A stretch of DNA of 64,000 bases from the human T2T-CHM13v2.0 reference genome, Homo sapiens: the NCBI RefSeq assembly GCF_009914755.1, contig NC_060944.1; one strand, 5' to 3'. Of the stretch, positions 1 through 18,559 are shown piece after piece. Numbering within the stretch: the stretch's first letter is position 1; every line of letters starts with the position of its first letter. A model generated the notes under the pieces. It made no database searches, was not told the origin of the DNA, and saw only the letters and a program-made list of their open reading frames with translations. The position numbers and the translations under genes were made by a program.

Positions 1-444
1 AAACCCAGGGCTTTGAAAATTCATCGGACAGGTCCTCCTGTTGTTGCATATTGGGCCACAAGGTAGGTGGGTGATGAGCAGTGACGAAGGGCTGTGAAGA
101 CGACGTAACCGATGGCCACTGCCAAGCGGCAAGGCCCGATTTCTGTTTGGCACCGCTCTCTGCATTCCTTACCATTCCCCATGACCTAGGCACAGGCCCC
201 AGTCTGCCTTCACCATGGGGACACCTCAGGACGTGCCAGGTTTCCATCTCTAAAGTGGGAAATTTCACAGGCACATTCCATAGAATTTCATGTCCTCTGC
301 CCCTGTGATGTCAAATTCACCCATGTTTTACCTATATGTTGTTCCTGGCTTTGTTAAAAATTCAAAGAAAATATCCCATAATACAGGGACACCTGTTCTC
401 AGAGGTTGCTGTGTTATTCACTGGTCAACACTACACCATTTCCC

Positions 445-445
445 T

Positions 446-501
<56 letters not shown>

Positions 502-547
502 TCCTTCTTTCTTTCTTTCATTCTTTTCTTTCTTTCTTTTTCTTTTC
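445..547. repeat. (TTTC)n microsatellite
   Basis: Long run of TTTC units, degenerating at the 3' end; source of the F/L/S-rich ORFs at 290-675. Confidence 0.97.
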
Positions 548-1424
548 CTCTCCGTTTCTGTTTTTTAAAAAATTTAACTTTGTGCTATTCATACTCCTCT
601 CATCTCCCCGCCAAATCTCATAACAAGGAATTTCAGAAGCATTTCACCCTTTTATCTGCACTTAAGGGCTTTTGATCTATTACCTTGGAGGGGTTATTTA
701 TCTGCCACTGTAGCCTCCTCGCAGGAAAAGTGGTCCAAGGAGGCTGACCTAGAACTGCTTGCAGCTTCTTCAAGGAGCCCCTGCTAGCACACCCCACCCC
801 CAGATCAATTTGCAATTTATTTGCACTCTGAGGCTAAATGCTATTTCAAAGATATGTCAGCTTCCACCCCAGGGTGGTTCATCATCTTCTGGAAATCTGG
901 GTGCCTCTCGTCCCTGGCTTTGATTTTGCCATTGCGTGAGGTGCAATCCTTTCCCTCATGGAGGCCAGGGTCACCCTCTGCCTCCAGAGGACAACAATGA
1001 GAATGACGCAGTGGCCTCAATGTTGCTGGGGACTGTGCTAAATACAGACATCTGGGCTCCGTCCCCAGTAAAGTCCCACAGCTCCAGCAAGTATGGGTGG
1101 GGCCTTGTCAACCAGCTCCCGGGTCTGATGGAGGTGGTCAGTTGGTCACTGAATCTCTGAGTAGCTCTGGTCTAAGCCACTCTGACAGGCACTCGTCTGG
1201 TCTATTTTATGTCACTAATAAAACTATTTTTCACCTGCCACTTACTGAATTGTCACTGGTAAACATTCACTGTGCACCTGTTGGGATCAAGCCCTGCAGC
1301 ATGAAAAAGTTATCATCAAAGGCCACGGAGGCTGCTCCAGCCCTGGAGACAGTCGTGCAGACATCACACATATCAACAAACCTTTCCTTGTGTGGGGTCA
1401 GACCATGAGCTCAGTGGCCAGCCA

Positions 1425-1610
1425 CACAGGTTTAAATCCTGATGCCTCCCCTTGCCAGCTGTGAAATACTTTGACAGGTGAGGTAGCCTCCCCGAGCCTC
1501 AGTTTGTCCATCTGTGGAATGTGCATTATGACACAGCACACGGGGTCACTGTAATGAAGATGAGACGGGAATTGCAGGGCACTTGGCAGAGCTGTTGGCA
1601 TCAGTCAGTG
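1425..1610 (+). mobile_element. MIR SINE fragment
   Basis: MIR core 'gagcctcagtttgtccatctgtggaatg' preceded by 'ggtttaaatcctg...ccttgccagctgtg'. Confidence 0.75.
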
Positions 1611-1897
1611 TGATGTTGTCAAAGCTTTGCAGCATAGATGGGGCTACAAAATCAAGACTTTCAAAATCACAGGGCTCTTCCTGAGAGCCCGCTGAAGGCG
1701 TTACAGGCACTGGTACTGGTATTTACCCACGGAAGGAGCCCTTCACCAGCCAGAAGGCAGAGGCTTGGTGCCCCTAAACGCTGGGGCCCCTTGCAGGCTC
1801 CTAGTTCGAAGCTGTGATGTTTGAGGGGACTTTGCAGCCTAGAGCCAGCAGCAGCTTCTGACAAGGAAGGGGCACATTGAGCTTCCTCCGTGGAAAA

Positions 1898-2436
1898 TCG
1901 CAGGAACCCCCACCCACGCAGCCACTCGCAGAAGCCCCCACCCACACGGCCACTCGCAGGAGCCCCCACCCTCACAACCACTTGCAGGGAGCCCCCCGCC
2001 CACACGGCCACTCGCAGGAGCCCCCCACCCACGCGGCCACTCGCAGGAGCCCCCACCCACGCAGCCACTCGCAGGAGCCCGCCTCCCACACGGCCACTGG
2101 CAGGAGCCTCCGCCCACGCGGCCACTCGCAGGGAGCCCCCCACCCACGCGGCCACTCGCAGGAGCCCCCACCCACGCGGCCACTCGCAGGAGCCCCCCAC
2201 CCACGCGGCCACTCGCAGGAGCACGCGGCCACTCGCAGGAGCCCGCCTCCCACACGGCCACTGGCAGGAGCCCCCGCCCACGCGGCCACTCGCAGGGAGC
2301 CCCCCACCCACGTGGCCACTCGCAGGAGCCCCCGCCCACGCGGCCACTCGCAGGGAGCCCCCCACCCACACGGCCACTCGCAGGGAGCCCCCCACCCACA
2401 CGGCCACTCGCAGGGAGCCCCCACCCACGCAGCCAC
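1898..2436. repeat. GC-rich minisatellite (VNTR), ~30-bp unit, ~18 copies
   Basis: Tandem units CGCAGG(G)AGCCCCC(C)ACCCACGCGGCCACT with length variants; explains the overlapping repetitive ORFs at 1667-2525. Confidence 0.97.
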
Positions 2437-2919
2437 AGCACCTTGTCGGAACTGATCGGAGCTGGGTGATAAGGTGTGGATCAGTGAAACATCTCTGGTG
2501 TTTTTCCCCATTTCAAATGATCTGATCTTCCCAATGAGTCAAATCTGAGGAGCAGCCTTTTAGAAAGAAGACTAGGAACTCAGAAATCACAGGAGGCAAC
2601 AACGTCCTTTGAAGAGCAAAGATAAGCCACCCCTTTCCTGCCCCGACCCAGCTACAGGGACACGCAGACCCCACGGCGAGAGGGCCTAGAGGAGGCTGGC
2701 AGCCCAGGCTGCTCTGCAAAAGGAGAGTGTGGCAGCACAGAGACCTGCCCGCAGAGGCGACGGTGAGGACACAGGCTCATGAGAGGCCAGAGGACTCCTG
2801 ACTGGACCCAGGAAGAGTCGGGGGGAGTCCCACCTAGACAGGAGGGAGTGCAGTTAGAGCCCAGGCTGGCACGAAGACAGTCACATCCTGCCCCATTATT
2901 TGCAAACCTGGTACCTTCC

Positions 2920-3723
2920 TGAGTCACTCCAGTAGTGACCACAAACCGGGCAGAGCTTAGAATAATGAAGTCCAAACTCAAGGTGCCAGCCAGGCCACCT
3001 CCCTCCGCCACAGGGACATGCAGGCCCTCGGGGAGGCTCCTCTTTGCCTCTCAGAGCCTCCGTTGGCTGCTGCCAGTCCCTGGCGTCCACAGCTTGTGTG
3101 GCTGCATCCGCCCAGGCTCTGCCTCCGTCTTCCCTTCTAAGGACACAGTCATTGGATTTGGGGTCCACATGGATCATCCCCGAAGATTTCACCTCGAGAT
3201 CCCTAATTACATCTATAAAGACCTTTTTTCCAAATAAAGTCTGTTAAAATAAAAACGTCAGCCGAATTACATTTAAAGGAGTTTAATGGAGCAATGAACA
3301 TTCGTGAATCAGGCAGCCCCCAGAATCTCAGCAGATTCAGGGAGACTCCAGGGGTGCCTCGTGGTCAGAACAAATTTATAGACAGAAAAGGGAAATGATG
3401 TACAGTAATCAGCACTGAGGTACAGAAACACTTGGACGGGTTACAGGTTGGTGTTTGCCTGGAACACAGTTCAACACTCAGCAGTCTATGAGAGGTTGAA
3501 GTATGGCTGCTGGGACTGGCCAAGATTCAGCCACTGTTACCGGTGCCTACTCCTAAGTTAGGGCTTCCAACTCCTCTACCCATTAAGTGAGGCTGCACTC
3601 AAATATAGAAGTACAGAGTCCTTCTCAGGCCATATTTAGTTTGCTTTAAAAATTCACTTCCACAGGCTCTGGATGAACTTACAATTTGGGGGGTGGGTGG
3701 TGGCCACCATTCAACCTACTGCA
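2920..3723 (-). mobile_element. MLT1 (MLT1C-like) MaLR LTR, interrupted by a MER57 LTR
   Basis: 'taaggacacagtcattggatttggggtccac...ttttccaaataaagtc' resumes after 3651 as 'acttccacaggctctgg...ggccaccattcaacctactgca'. Confidence 0.75.
3242..3651 (-). mobile_element. MER57-family ERV1 solo LTR
   Basis: Reverse complement begins 'ttaaagcaaactaaatatggcctgagaaggactc' and ends 'aattcggctgacgtttttattttaaca' as in recalled MER57A/B; flanks agtc/attc are a possible 4-bp TSD. Confidence 0.85.
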
Positions 3724-3741
3724 GGGGGCTCCTTTACCATG

Positions 3742-4010
3742 CTCAGCCTCGGTTTCTACATTTCAAAAGTAAGAGTAATAACAGTACCCTCCTCAAGGAG
3801 TCGAATGAGTTTCATGAGCAAGGCTATGTGTAAATAAAGCCCCAGAACATTCTGCCTTACCTGGGAGCTTGTTAGGAACGCAGCCCCTCAGCTGGCCCCA
3901 GACAATAGACTCAGAAGGTGCATTTTCATAAAATCTCGGATGATTTCTGTGCACACCCAGGTGTGAGGGTCCCTGCCTTCTAACAACACGCCAGGTACCT
4001 AGGCAACACT
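3742..4010 (+). mobile_element. MIR fragment with inserted MER5A-like DNA element (~3855-3975)
   Basis: 'ctcagcctcggtttctacatttcaaaag...aataacagtaccc' (MIR) and 'acctgggagcttgttaggaacgcag...gactcagaa' (MER5). Confidence 0.6.
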
Positions 4011-4158
4011 CAGGCACATCCGCAGCTACTGCCCACATGGCAGTTCCAGGAGGGATTCCAGAATCACAACCTCAAGCGTCTCGACTTCTCCGTGAAGCTC
4101 ACAGGCATGGGTTTTTCACACTATGACTTCCATTTATTTTTGCGGTAACAAGCGCAGC

Positions 4159-4161
<3 letters not shown>

Positions 4162-4202
<41 letters not shown>

Positions 4203-4840
4203 ACATAGCTTGTTTTTAGTTCTTAGGGCTGGATATTTGTATGTTGGGTTTTTTTTATTTTAATTTTTAAGTTCTGGAGTACATGTGCAGGACGTGCGGG
4301 TTTGTTACATAGGCAAACATGTGCCATGGCACTTTGCTACACCTATCAACCCATCCCCTAGGTATTATGCCTCACATGCATTAGCTATTTATCCTGATGC
4401 TCTCCCTCCCCGTTCCCCCACAACAGGCCTCAGTGTGCATTGTTCCACTCTCTGTGTCCATGTGTTCTCATTGTTCAGCTCCCACTTACGAGTGAGAACA
4501 TATGGCGTTTGGTTTTCTGTTTCTCTGTTAGTTTTCTGAGGATAATGGTTTCCAGCTCCACTCATGTCCCTACAAAGGACATGATCTTGTTCCTTTTCAT
4601 GGCTGTGTAGTATTCCATGGTGTCTATGTACCACATTTTCTTTATCTAGTCTATCATTGATGGGCATTTGCGTTGTTCCATATCTTTTCTATTGTGAATA
4701 GTGCTGCAATGAACACACTCGGTGTGGCGATTCCTCATAGATCTGGAACCAGAAATACCATCTGACCCAGCAATCCCATTACTGGGAATGATTTATATAC
4801 CCAAAGGAATATAAATCATTCTATTACACAGATACATGTG
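4162..4840 (-). mobile_element. 5'-truncated L1PA with inverted 5' segment (4721-4840) and extra 3' segment plus T39 tail
   Basis: L1PA 3' UTR 'gttctggagtacatgtgcaggacgtgcgggtttgttacatagg' on the minus strand at 4249-4718; plus-strand L1 'gtgtggcgattcctc...gacccagcaatcccattactggg' at 4721-4840; TSD-like gcgcagctactttt (4152-4165) / gtgcaactactttt (4838-4851). Confidence 0.9.
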
Positions 4841-7134
4841 CAACTACTTTTGAAAGTTCTCTTTTCAAAAGAGTTTCTTCTGGGTTACCACTTTTATGAG
4901 ACTAAAAAAAGAAAAATTATACTTTTTTAAAATTAAATACTATCCAAACTAAAAATACATTGTTATTAATGGTGCCATTGCCTGGTGTTATGTTTCTTTC
5001 CCCAGGGGAATTATTTTCAGGGAAGAAAATCATAATTCCCTCAATGAGCCCTGGGTTTGGGTCTGTGCTGGGCAGGTGACACGCCCTGTGCCACACTGAA
5101 GCACACCCAAGGAGGGTTGCATCCAACGGCTCAGAGCAGACAGGCTCATAGACCTGTAGACTCAGCGCCAACCCTCTGTCCAGCCTGCTTCAATAAGTGC
5201 CTTAAAATCATCTCTTCAAGACATGTAACCCCTCCCGCCAACCACTTCCATCATTAAACATTATACTCAAACCTTATGCTCTTTAAGTATTTTAGCTCCT
5301 GTTGGAACGTTTTATACCTTCAATAATAAAAGGCTAAGGTTTTTCACTACCTACAATATGCGTCTCTTGATAAAAATTTCCAGCCTTTATCTCCTCCTCA
5401 AAGGAACATAATTTAAATATGAATAATGAAAAATACTTCCAGAAACGTAAACTCAATAATGCTTTCTGAGGTGCAAACTGCTTAATGTGAAACTTGGATG
5501 CAACACAAAAGAACTGAATGTTAGCAAATTATGCTTCCTGACTTGGCATGTAATAAAATTCTCAATGGGCCTGGCAGCTGGTGGCAGGAGGGACGATGGC
5601 AGTGAGGAGAGCATGACTTTTTAGGCTATTTGCGAGGGTGAGTGCAGGCAAGATGTTCTGGCAAGCCTTTGGAATTAAAATGGCAATTCTAAACACCTTT
5701 TCATCACATGCTTTAATATTATACACATTCTTACTCTTTTAAGGAGATGAATTTTCAGAGAGAATCAATGTGTTAAAAAGCCGAAGTGTAAATTTATTCC
5801 TTTGCTATTAAAAAGAACACATCTTGCATAAAAGTTATTTATGGGAAAGTAAGGAAATTCTAATTTAAGCCAGGCCTTTGAATGTCAGCTGGCCTCTCTC
5901 TCTCTGCTCTCTCTTTTCTTCTCTCTCTCTCTTTCCTGCCCCCACCCGCAAATAATAAGCATATGATTTAATTCTGCATAGAACTAAGTAGAATGTTCCT
6001 TTTGCCAGTGTCATGGAATATCTGTGATTGAAGCCTTTCCGGGTTTATGACACTTTGGGAGGCGTTGCCCACAGACAGACCTCAGGGGGCTCGTCCGACA
6101 CCTCCCAGAGTCACCATGACATCCCCAGTCTCCTGTGTCCATTCTCATTTTCACACTAAAGGCAAAGGAAGCTTACATTTGACCCTAGTAAATGCACCTA
6201 TCAAACTGTGTTTGTCATTGTGTTTTTCTGAGTTCAAGCGAAGAGAAGAAAACCCGCCTGCAGAATTTGAGAAGGACCATCTGCGGAGGAGGCTGAGCAG
6301 AAGCACCAAGTGTGCTGGATTCACCAAATCTTCAAGCTCCTTCCTGGGTTCCTCCCCAGCTCTTTCTATATCCCTTGCTCTATTTAATCACATTGTTTAT
6401 GGTAACAGTTGCGAGAAAGAGGATTTGTTTAACACTAAGTGTTTCACACCTTGGGTAAAGGAGTTCATGCTCCAATTCTATTTCAGGCTTTATTTATGAA
6501 TGTGCAGCTTTCCAAGGGTGCGGGGTGTGACAGCCAGCTGTGTGCCTCTTTTTAAAAAGGCAAGTCTCTCGTTGACAAGAAAGGTTTATTGACACACATT
6601 GAAGGACTGCTTTCCTTTTGTATTAAGAGTAGCACAACTAGCTGCGCTCCTAGCAACACAAACATTTTCTGCCCGTAGAAAATGTTTGCTGAGAAGATGG
6701 ATCAACTATAAGACTTAATGACTGGGTCAAAACAGTTTCAACAAGTGGGGAAAGGAGTACAATCTTTCTCACTCTGCAAAAGAAAGCCACAATTTTTTTT
6801 TTTTTTTGAAAGATGGCAGCTTGGCCCACCAGTTCAATCACCTATTAAAGCCACTGTGCAGGGGACAGGTCCAGGGTGCAACGGCCTTGTGCAATTGCAA
6901 ACCCAGGTGGGCATGAAATGTAATCAAGTTAAAGTTCAGCCATTGCAAGGCCTCTCTCCAACACCGAAGGTGTTACAAAGATGACAATAATCTTAGGAAA
7001 AGCAGAGACGTTGGAAAGACACCTTGTTCTTCAGTTTTTGCTGACATGACCTCAGTCTAAGCCAACAGGTATAATCACAATACTACTGCTCCTGCGGATG
7101 ACCCATAGGCCCTTCCCCAGGGTTAGAAAAATAT

Positions 7135-7990
7135 TCTCTCCCTCCTTCCCACTTTCCCTCCTTCTCTCTCTCTCTCTCCCTCTCTCCCCCTCTTTCTCTC
7201 TCTCTCTCCCCCTCCCTCTCTCTCCCCCTCCCTCTCTCTCCCCCTCTCTCTCTCTCCCCCTCCCTCTCTCTCCCCCTCCCTCTCTCTCCCCCTCCCTCTC
7301 TCTCCCCCTCCCTCTCTCTCCCCCTCCCTCTCTCTCTCTCCCTCCCTCTCTCTCCCCCTCCCTCTCTCTCCCTGTATTAATCCATTCTCACACTGCTATA
7401 AAGACATACCTGAGACTGGGTATTATAAAGAAAAGAGGTTTAATTGACTCACAGTTCCACATGTCTGGTGAGGCCTCAGGAAACTTACGGTCATGGTGGA
7501 AGGGGAAGAGGCATGTCCTACATGGTGGCAGGTAAGAGAGAGAGCAAGCAAGAACAGGAAAACTGCCTTATAAACCCATCAGACCTCATGAGAACTCACT
7601 CACTATCATAAGAACAGCATGGGAGAAACTGCCCCCATGATCCAGTCACCTCCCACCAGGTGCCTCCCTGGACACATTTGAGATGAGATTTAGGTGGGGA
7701 CACAGAGCCAAACCATATCAGTCCCTCTCTGTCTCCTTTCCTTCTTCTCTCCCTCTCTCTCTCCTTCTCTGTCTCCTATCTTGCCTTTCTCTCCTCCTGT
7801 CTCCTACTCTTCCTCTCTTCCTCTCTCTCTCTTCCCCCCATTTCTTCCTCCCTGCTCAATAATGTCTCTCTAACCCTTTGGCTCCCTTGGTTTCTCTCTC
7901 CTTTCTTTCTCTTTCTCATATCTCCTTCTCCCTTCCTCTCCTCTGCCCCCTCCATACTCCTCTCACCTTCATAATCTCCTTCTCTCCCCC
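7135..7990. repeat. CT-rich polypyrimidine low-complexity tract, split by a THE1/MST LTR
   Basis: Near-pure C/T tract at 7135-7372 with ccctctctctccccct units; continues at 7721-7990. Confidence 0.9.
7373..7720 (-). mobile_element. THE1D/MSTA-type MaLR solo LTR
   Basis: 'tgtattaatccattctcacactgctataaag...ggggacacagagccaaaccatatca'; flanks ctccc/gtccc (5-bp TSD, 1 mismatch). Confidence 0.92.
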
Positions 7991-9089
7991 ATCTCTGGCC
8001 ACCACACAGCAGCCCATGAAACTGCCCACACTTGCAAACTGAATCAGAAGCAAACTTGTCATTGCACTATTTCTACCCCCAGCTTTGCACATGCCCCTGA
8101 GAAGGAGGCACAATGGCCCAGCTACCTTCTCGGGCCTGTTCATGCCAATGTTGGCAGGATGTTGATGTCCAACTGGACAAAGACCCCTGAACACACAGCA
8201 GGGAGCAAGTTGCTTCCTCCCTTGTTGCTGTAAGGGAAAACTCACACTATGGAGAACCAGGAGGGCCCCCAACACAGAATGACGAAGCACGTGGGGAAGG
8301 ATGGGGGCCTAGCTGGGGCTTCAGGTCTAAGGAGGTGGATCTGCATTGGGTGCTGTCAGAAAAGGGACCAATTCTGTGACTGGGGGTCTCAATCAATCAT
8401 ATCTGGGGAGGGTGGGCCAGAGGGAGGATCCAGCTGTGTGATACAGCAGCAACTTCCACTGGTTCATGGGGTGTGGGTGGCACAGTGAGCTTGCTTGCCA
8501 TGGACATTCTTCAATATTGTTTGTGTCATGTTGGATGGGGAGCAACAGAGCTCAGCTGTCAGCAGTGGACAGTTTGTCCTAGCATTGGGGTCAGACCAGT
8601 TCTGGGACAACAGCAGCTGCTATGTTTTCTTTCTAGAATGTAAGAAAGGAAAATTCCAAAAGCTAAACACCCACTGACATCCCACAAAGATTTCCTTCCA
8701 CACCAACTCCATTAACTGGGTTGCATGTTGAAGACAAGTGACTGTGCCCTCACATCCCCACCGCACTTGTTATGTGGTGGAATTTTTTGAGAGCAGAAGA
8801 AAGTAGCCTGTTGGTGAATGTGAAAGGGCTCTGAATAACCTGGAGTGGAGAGCATGAGGGTCTGCCTGTGAGCATCCCAGTCAGCTATTCCCACTCAGTA
8901 GCCACGGGCAAGAAACTTAGGTCCCTGGTGCAGGTTGGTCCCCTTTGCAGTGGGCATGAGAAGTGGTCACTTCAGTCTCTCCACTCTGCCCCAGTGCACC
9001 CTGGGCCTTTGTGTGTTTAGGCAAAACTCTCCAGCCAGAGCCTTGGAGGCTGGCACTGAGCTCTAGGGTTCTCTCTAGCATCCTCGGGT

Positions 9090-9230
9090 CTCTGTTCTCT
9101 GCCTTTGCATCTGTGCCTTTAGCTTGCCAGAGGAGTTCCTCCCTTTTTTCACAGAGATGACTCCAGCCTGTCCATCCTAAAGGTATCACCTCCTGCAGGA
9201 TGCTCTCTGTACTCCCTGGCCCCCACAGCC
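9090..9230 (+). mobile_element. L2 LINE fragment
   Basis: 'gcctttgcatctgtgcc...tatcacctcctgcaggatgctctctg' resembles the L2 3' region. Confidence 0.5.
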
Positions 9231-9369
9231 CCTGTGGTCAGGGGGCTGCGACGTGCCAGAGGTCATCCTGTCTCTTCCCCTCTGGCTGATCCTGGGAGAG
9301 TAAGCTGTGTCCCTCTCCCCTCAGCAGCAGGGCTTTCCAAGGGAGACACCACGTCCTTGGGCTTCAGGA

Positions 9370-9398
9370 CCCTGGCCCTGGCCCTGGCCCTGGCCCTG
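9370..9398. repeat. (CCCTGG)5 hexamer repeat
   Basis: ccctggccctggccctggccctggccctg. Confidence 0.9.
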
Positions 9399-11421
9399 AA
9401 GGATGCTGTCCCACCCATCTCTCCCCTCCCTTCCCATACCTTACATTTCAGGAACCCAAAGATAGGCTGTGGAAAAGCAGAGGCAGATGAGTGACAGATG
9501 AGCCCGGTAGGAGGCACGGGGAGGCGTTCTGGGCTGGCTGCACCATGGTGGAGGGGTAGCAGCCATATTCTGCCAGGACCACTGCACCTGGATTATAGCT
9601 CAGGTCTTCTCTTCCAGGCCCTCAACCCATCACCCCGTGTGTTTTTAACTCAGAAACCCCCCACAGAGGATCAGGGTCCTCTCTGATATTCTAACGGACT
9701 CCACCCTCCTCCTAGAAGTGTCCTCCTCTTCTCATGGGTCTGCCCATCACATGACCATCTGAACCCCACCCCGCCCCCCCAGCACGCACTACACATACTC
9801 ACACGAGCCTGGGCATGGGTGAGCATGGGCCCCAGGCAGGACCCTGGCATAAGGCTGCCACCCCCAAGGGAGAAGGAGGCCTTGGTCTGAGACTGCAGGG
9901 ACCAGGGACCACATAGCTTGGAGCTGCCCTCACAGAGGTGGGGGCCTGAGCACAAGGTAGGAGAGGCAGCAGCCAGAAGCCATGAGGTCAGCCCAGGCTG
10001 AGCCCTCTCACCAGACTGTTCTGTCGAAAATGCCAATGTGTGCCGTCTTTATGCTTCGTGTTTATTTTTACTTTGCATTGTGTTTCTATCACTTGAAACC
10101 AAAAGCCCCAGGCCTCACACCCTTGAGTGCAACCAGAGCATTTGGAAATCCAGGCACCATTGAGAATTCTGGTCAGAGCATGAGGAGAAGCTTCCTGCAT
10201 GGCTTGGTCTCATCCAGGTAGTTCCAGCAACTGGATCACAGGTTTCCAAGAGAGGCAGAGACAGAGAGAGATTTCAGCCAGCTCCATGCAGTCTGAGTGG
10301 AGGAAACTTCCTCCAACTCCTAATCGATAAGTGCATATTGAAAGACAAGAGAGATCTATATTCAGTATGAATAGCATCCCAGTGGTTCTTTCCCAATAGG
10401 CCTGGACTAGCCGACTGCGTACAGATCGAGTCCAGGCATGGAGAGACCATGCACAGTGGCTCATGCCAGAGTCCACTGTTACTCACTTGGACCCAGAGGG
10501 CCATCCGTCCTGATTCAATAGCAAACACTGTCCTTTGTCTGAAAGTCAGGAAGGAGCCCAGGATTCCCTGAGTCTCTAAACAGCAGGCCTGGGAAATTCC
10601 AAACCAAGGCCTGTGCTTATATGTTTAATTCAATGCATGTTGTAACAATATATAACAATATAGAATTACTATGGTAGGAATTGAGTCAGTCAATTCGAGT
10701 TGATTTTTTTAATCCCCTGCTCACAGCGAGTACAGTGCCCAAGGCGTTTAATGAATATTTAATGCATTGAAGGTTCGGAATAACACTTTATAGAAAAAGT
10801 TTTAGGGTTTAGGATAATATATGGAAACTGCTATGTTACTCTGTTACTTTGTCCACGTGATAATTAAAACACAAACGTACCTGAGACCCATCATTTTACC
10901 TTAAAGTGATGAGTTTTGAGAATTTACTTATGGCTTTTATTTTCTATTTCACATCCATACACTTTGATTTTGATGCCTCTACAAAGATGACTTCTTTCTG
11001 CTTTGGGTTTTCATTTCCAGCTTTAAGTGCTTTTGTTCCTGACTCTACCCACTCCATGTTGTGTGCTTTTCAGACATGACTGGCTATGAGACTTGCTTGT
11101 TACTGGGTGAAAATGCACTTTCTCTGGTCCACCCCAGATGTATAATGTCAGGGTCTATAGAGATGGGATCCAGTAATGTGCCTGTCTACCAAATTCTTCA
11201 TCCCCGCTCTGGGGTTCCAGCAAGTTCTGTTTGCACAAAGAGGCAATGATACGTAAAGTAAACTTTTTATCCATTGTAGATTCTTAAACCTATGGGAATA
11301 TTACAAGGGGAGATTCTCAGTGGAATTTTCAAATATAGAATGAAATGTATTTGCATTTAAAGTCACATTCTTACATATTAGTTGAGTGACTATTCAAGTC
11401 CAGGCCCTGAATCAAGTACAG

Positions 11422-16919
<5,498 letters not shown>

Positions 16920-17091
16920 CTTAACTATGAATCAATGTATAACTATACTGACATGTAACTGACAGGAACACATTTATTTGCTCTTCAAGATACAGAAACT
17001 GCAGATCAGAGGGGTTATATGACTTACCTGATACCACAGAGGTGGTAAGTGGTAGCCCAGGGCCTTGACTTCAGACCACAACACTGCATTG

Positions 17092-17265
17092 CAGGAACAA
17101 CTATGAAATTTGAAGCTCTTGATGCAAAATGAAAATGTGAGGTCCTTGTTCAAATTATTAAGAATTCCAATACTGTGATTAAGCATTAAGCCCATCGGGG
17201 GGGCACTTTCTGAATGTGGAGGCCTGTGAGGCTGCATGGGTCACTCTCCCATGAAGCTGGTTCTC
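17092..17265 (-). mobile_element. MER45A hAT-Tip100 DNA transposon
   Basis: 'tgcaaaatgaaaatgtgaggtccttgttcaaattattaagaatt...cccatgaagctgg' matches the reverse complement of recalled MER45A. Confidence 0.8.
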
Positions 17266-17574
17266 CTTTACCCTGTCCCAGGCACCCGTTTCCCCAGGAA
17301 ACCCCGCGTTGAGGCTGCCATGTCAGTGTTGAAGGGGCTTTTTCTCTTCTTTTCATCACAGGAGTTAACCAAGATTTATTGAGTCATATCTAAGAACAAG
17401 CTCTGATCATTGTACCTGCCCCTTCATAATCTAGAAAAATCCTTGCCTATAAATGCATTCTATATATTTTTAGTCCACTGAGTTACATTTCAGAGTTTTT
17501 TGGTATAGAAAATATTATACATTTTAAGTTAAGGTAGGAACAGCTTAATTGACCTCCTGGAAAAAGTGTATTGA

Positions 17575-18103
<529 letters not shown>

Positions 18104-18559
18104 TGATGGCCACTCTGACTTGGGTGGTCGTGGGTGGTGCTGGGGCCACAGAGTTTTCCTGAAGTCCCCAGATGATATTAATGTTAGTGCAGCCTGAGAA
18201 CCATTCACCTCCTATGTCCTAGGCCAGGGAGATCCCAACACTCATGGCCGTTTCATAGGACATCTTACACAGGGCAGCTTGCTACACCTGCCGGGCCCAC
18301 ACGGGCACGCACGCACATGCATAGGCAACACACCAACATACATGCACACGTGTGTCTAAAGCGTCACTTTAAGCCCTTATGGTAGTAAGCACCAACAACA
18401 GTATTGCTATTTTGTTTTAGGGCATCGATCATTCTTGTTTTCCTCTTTCTCAGGAAAGTAAATCACCTTTTAAAAATGTCCCATGACTGTTTCTCAGCGC
18501 TGACAGTCTCACCACGGTGCTAACGATGGCTCAGCGCACACGTCTTGCTTCCTGAGCAG

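Noticed and set aside
1667-2525. Five overlapping 179-253 aa ORFs
   Set aside because: They are stop-poor translations of the GC-rich VNTR on both strands, with no domain or splice support.
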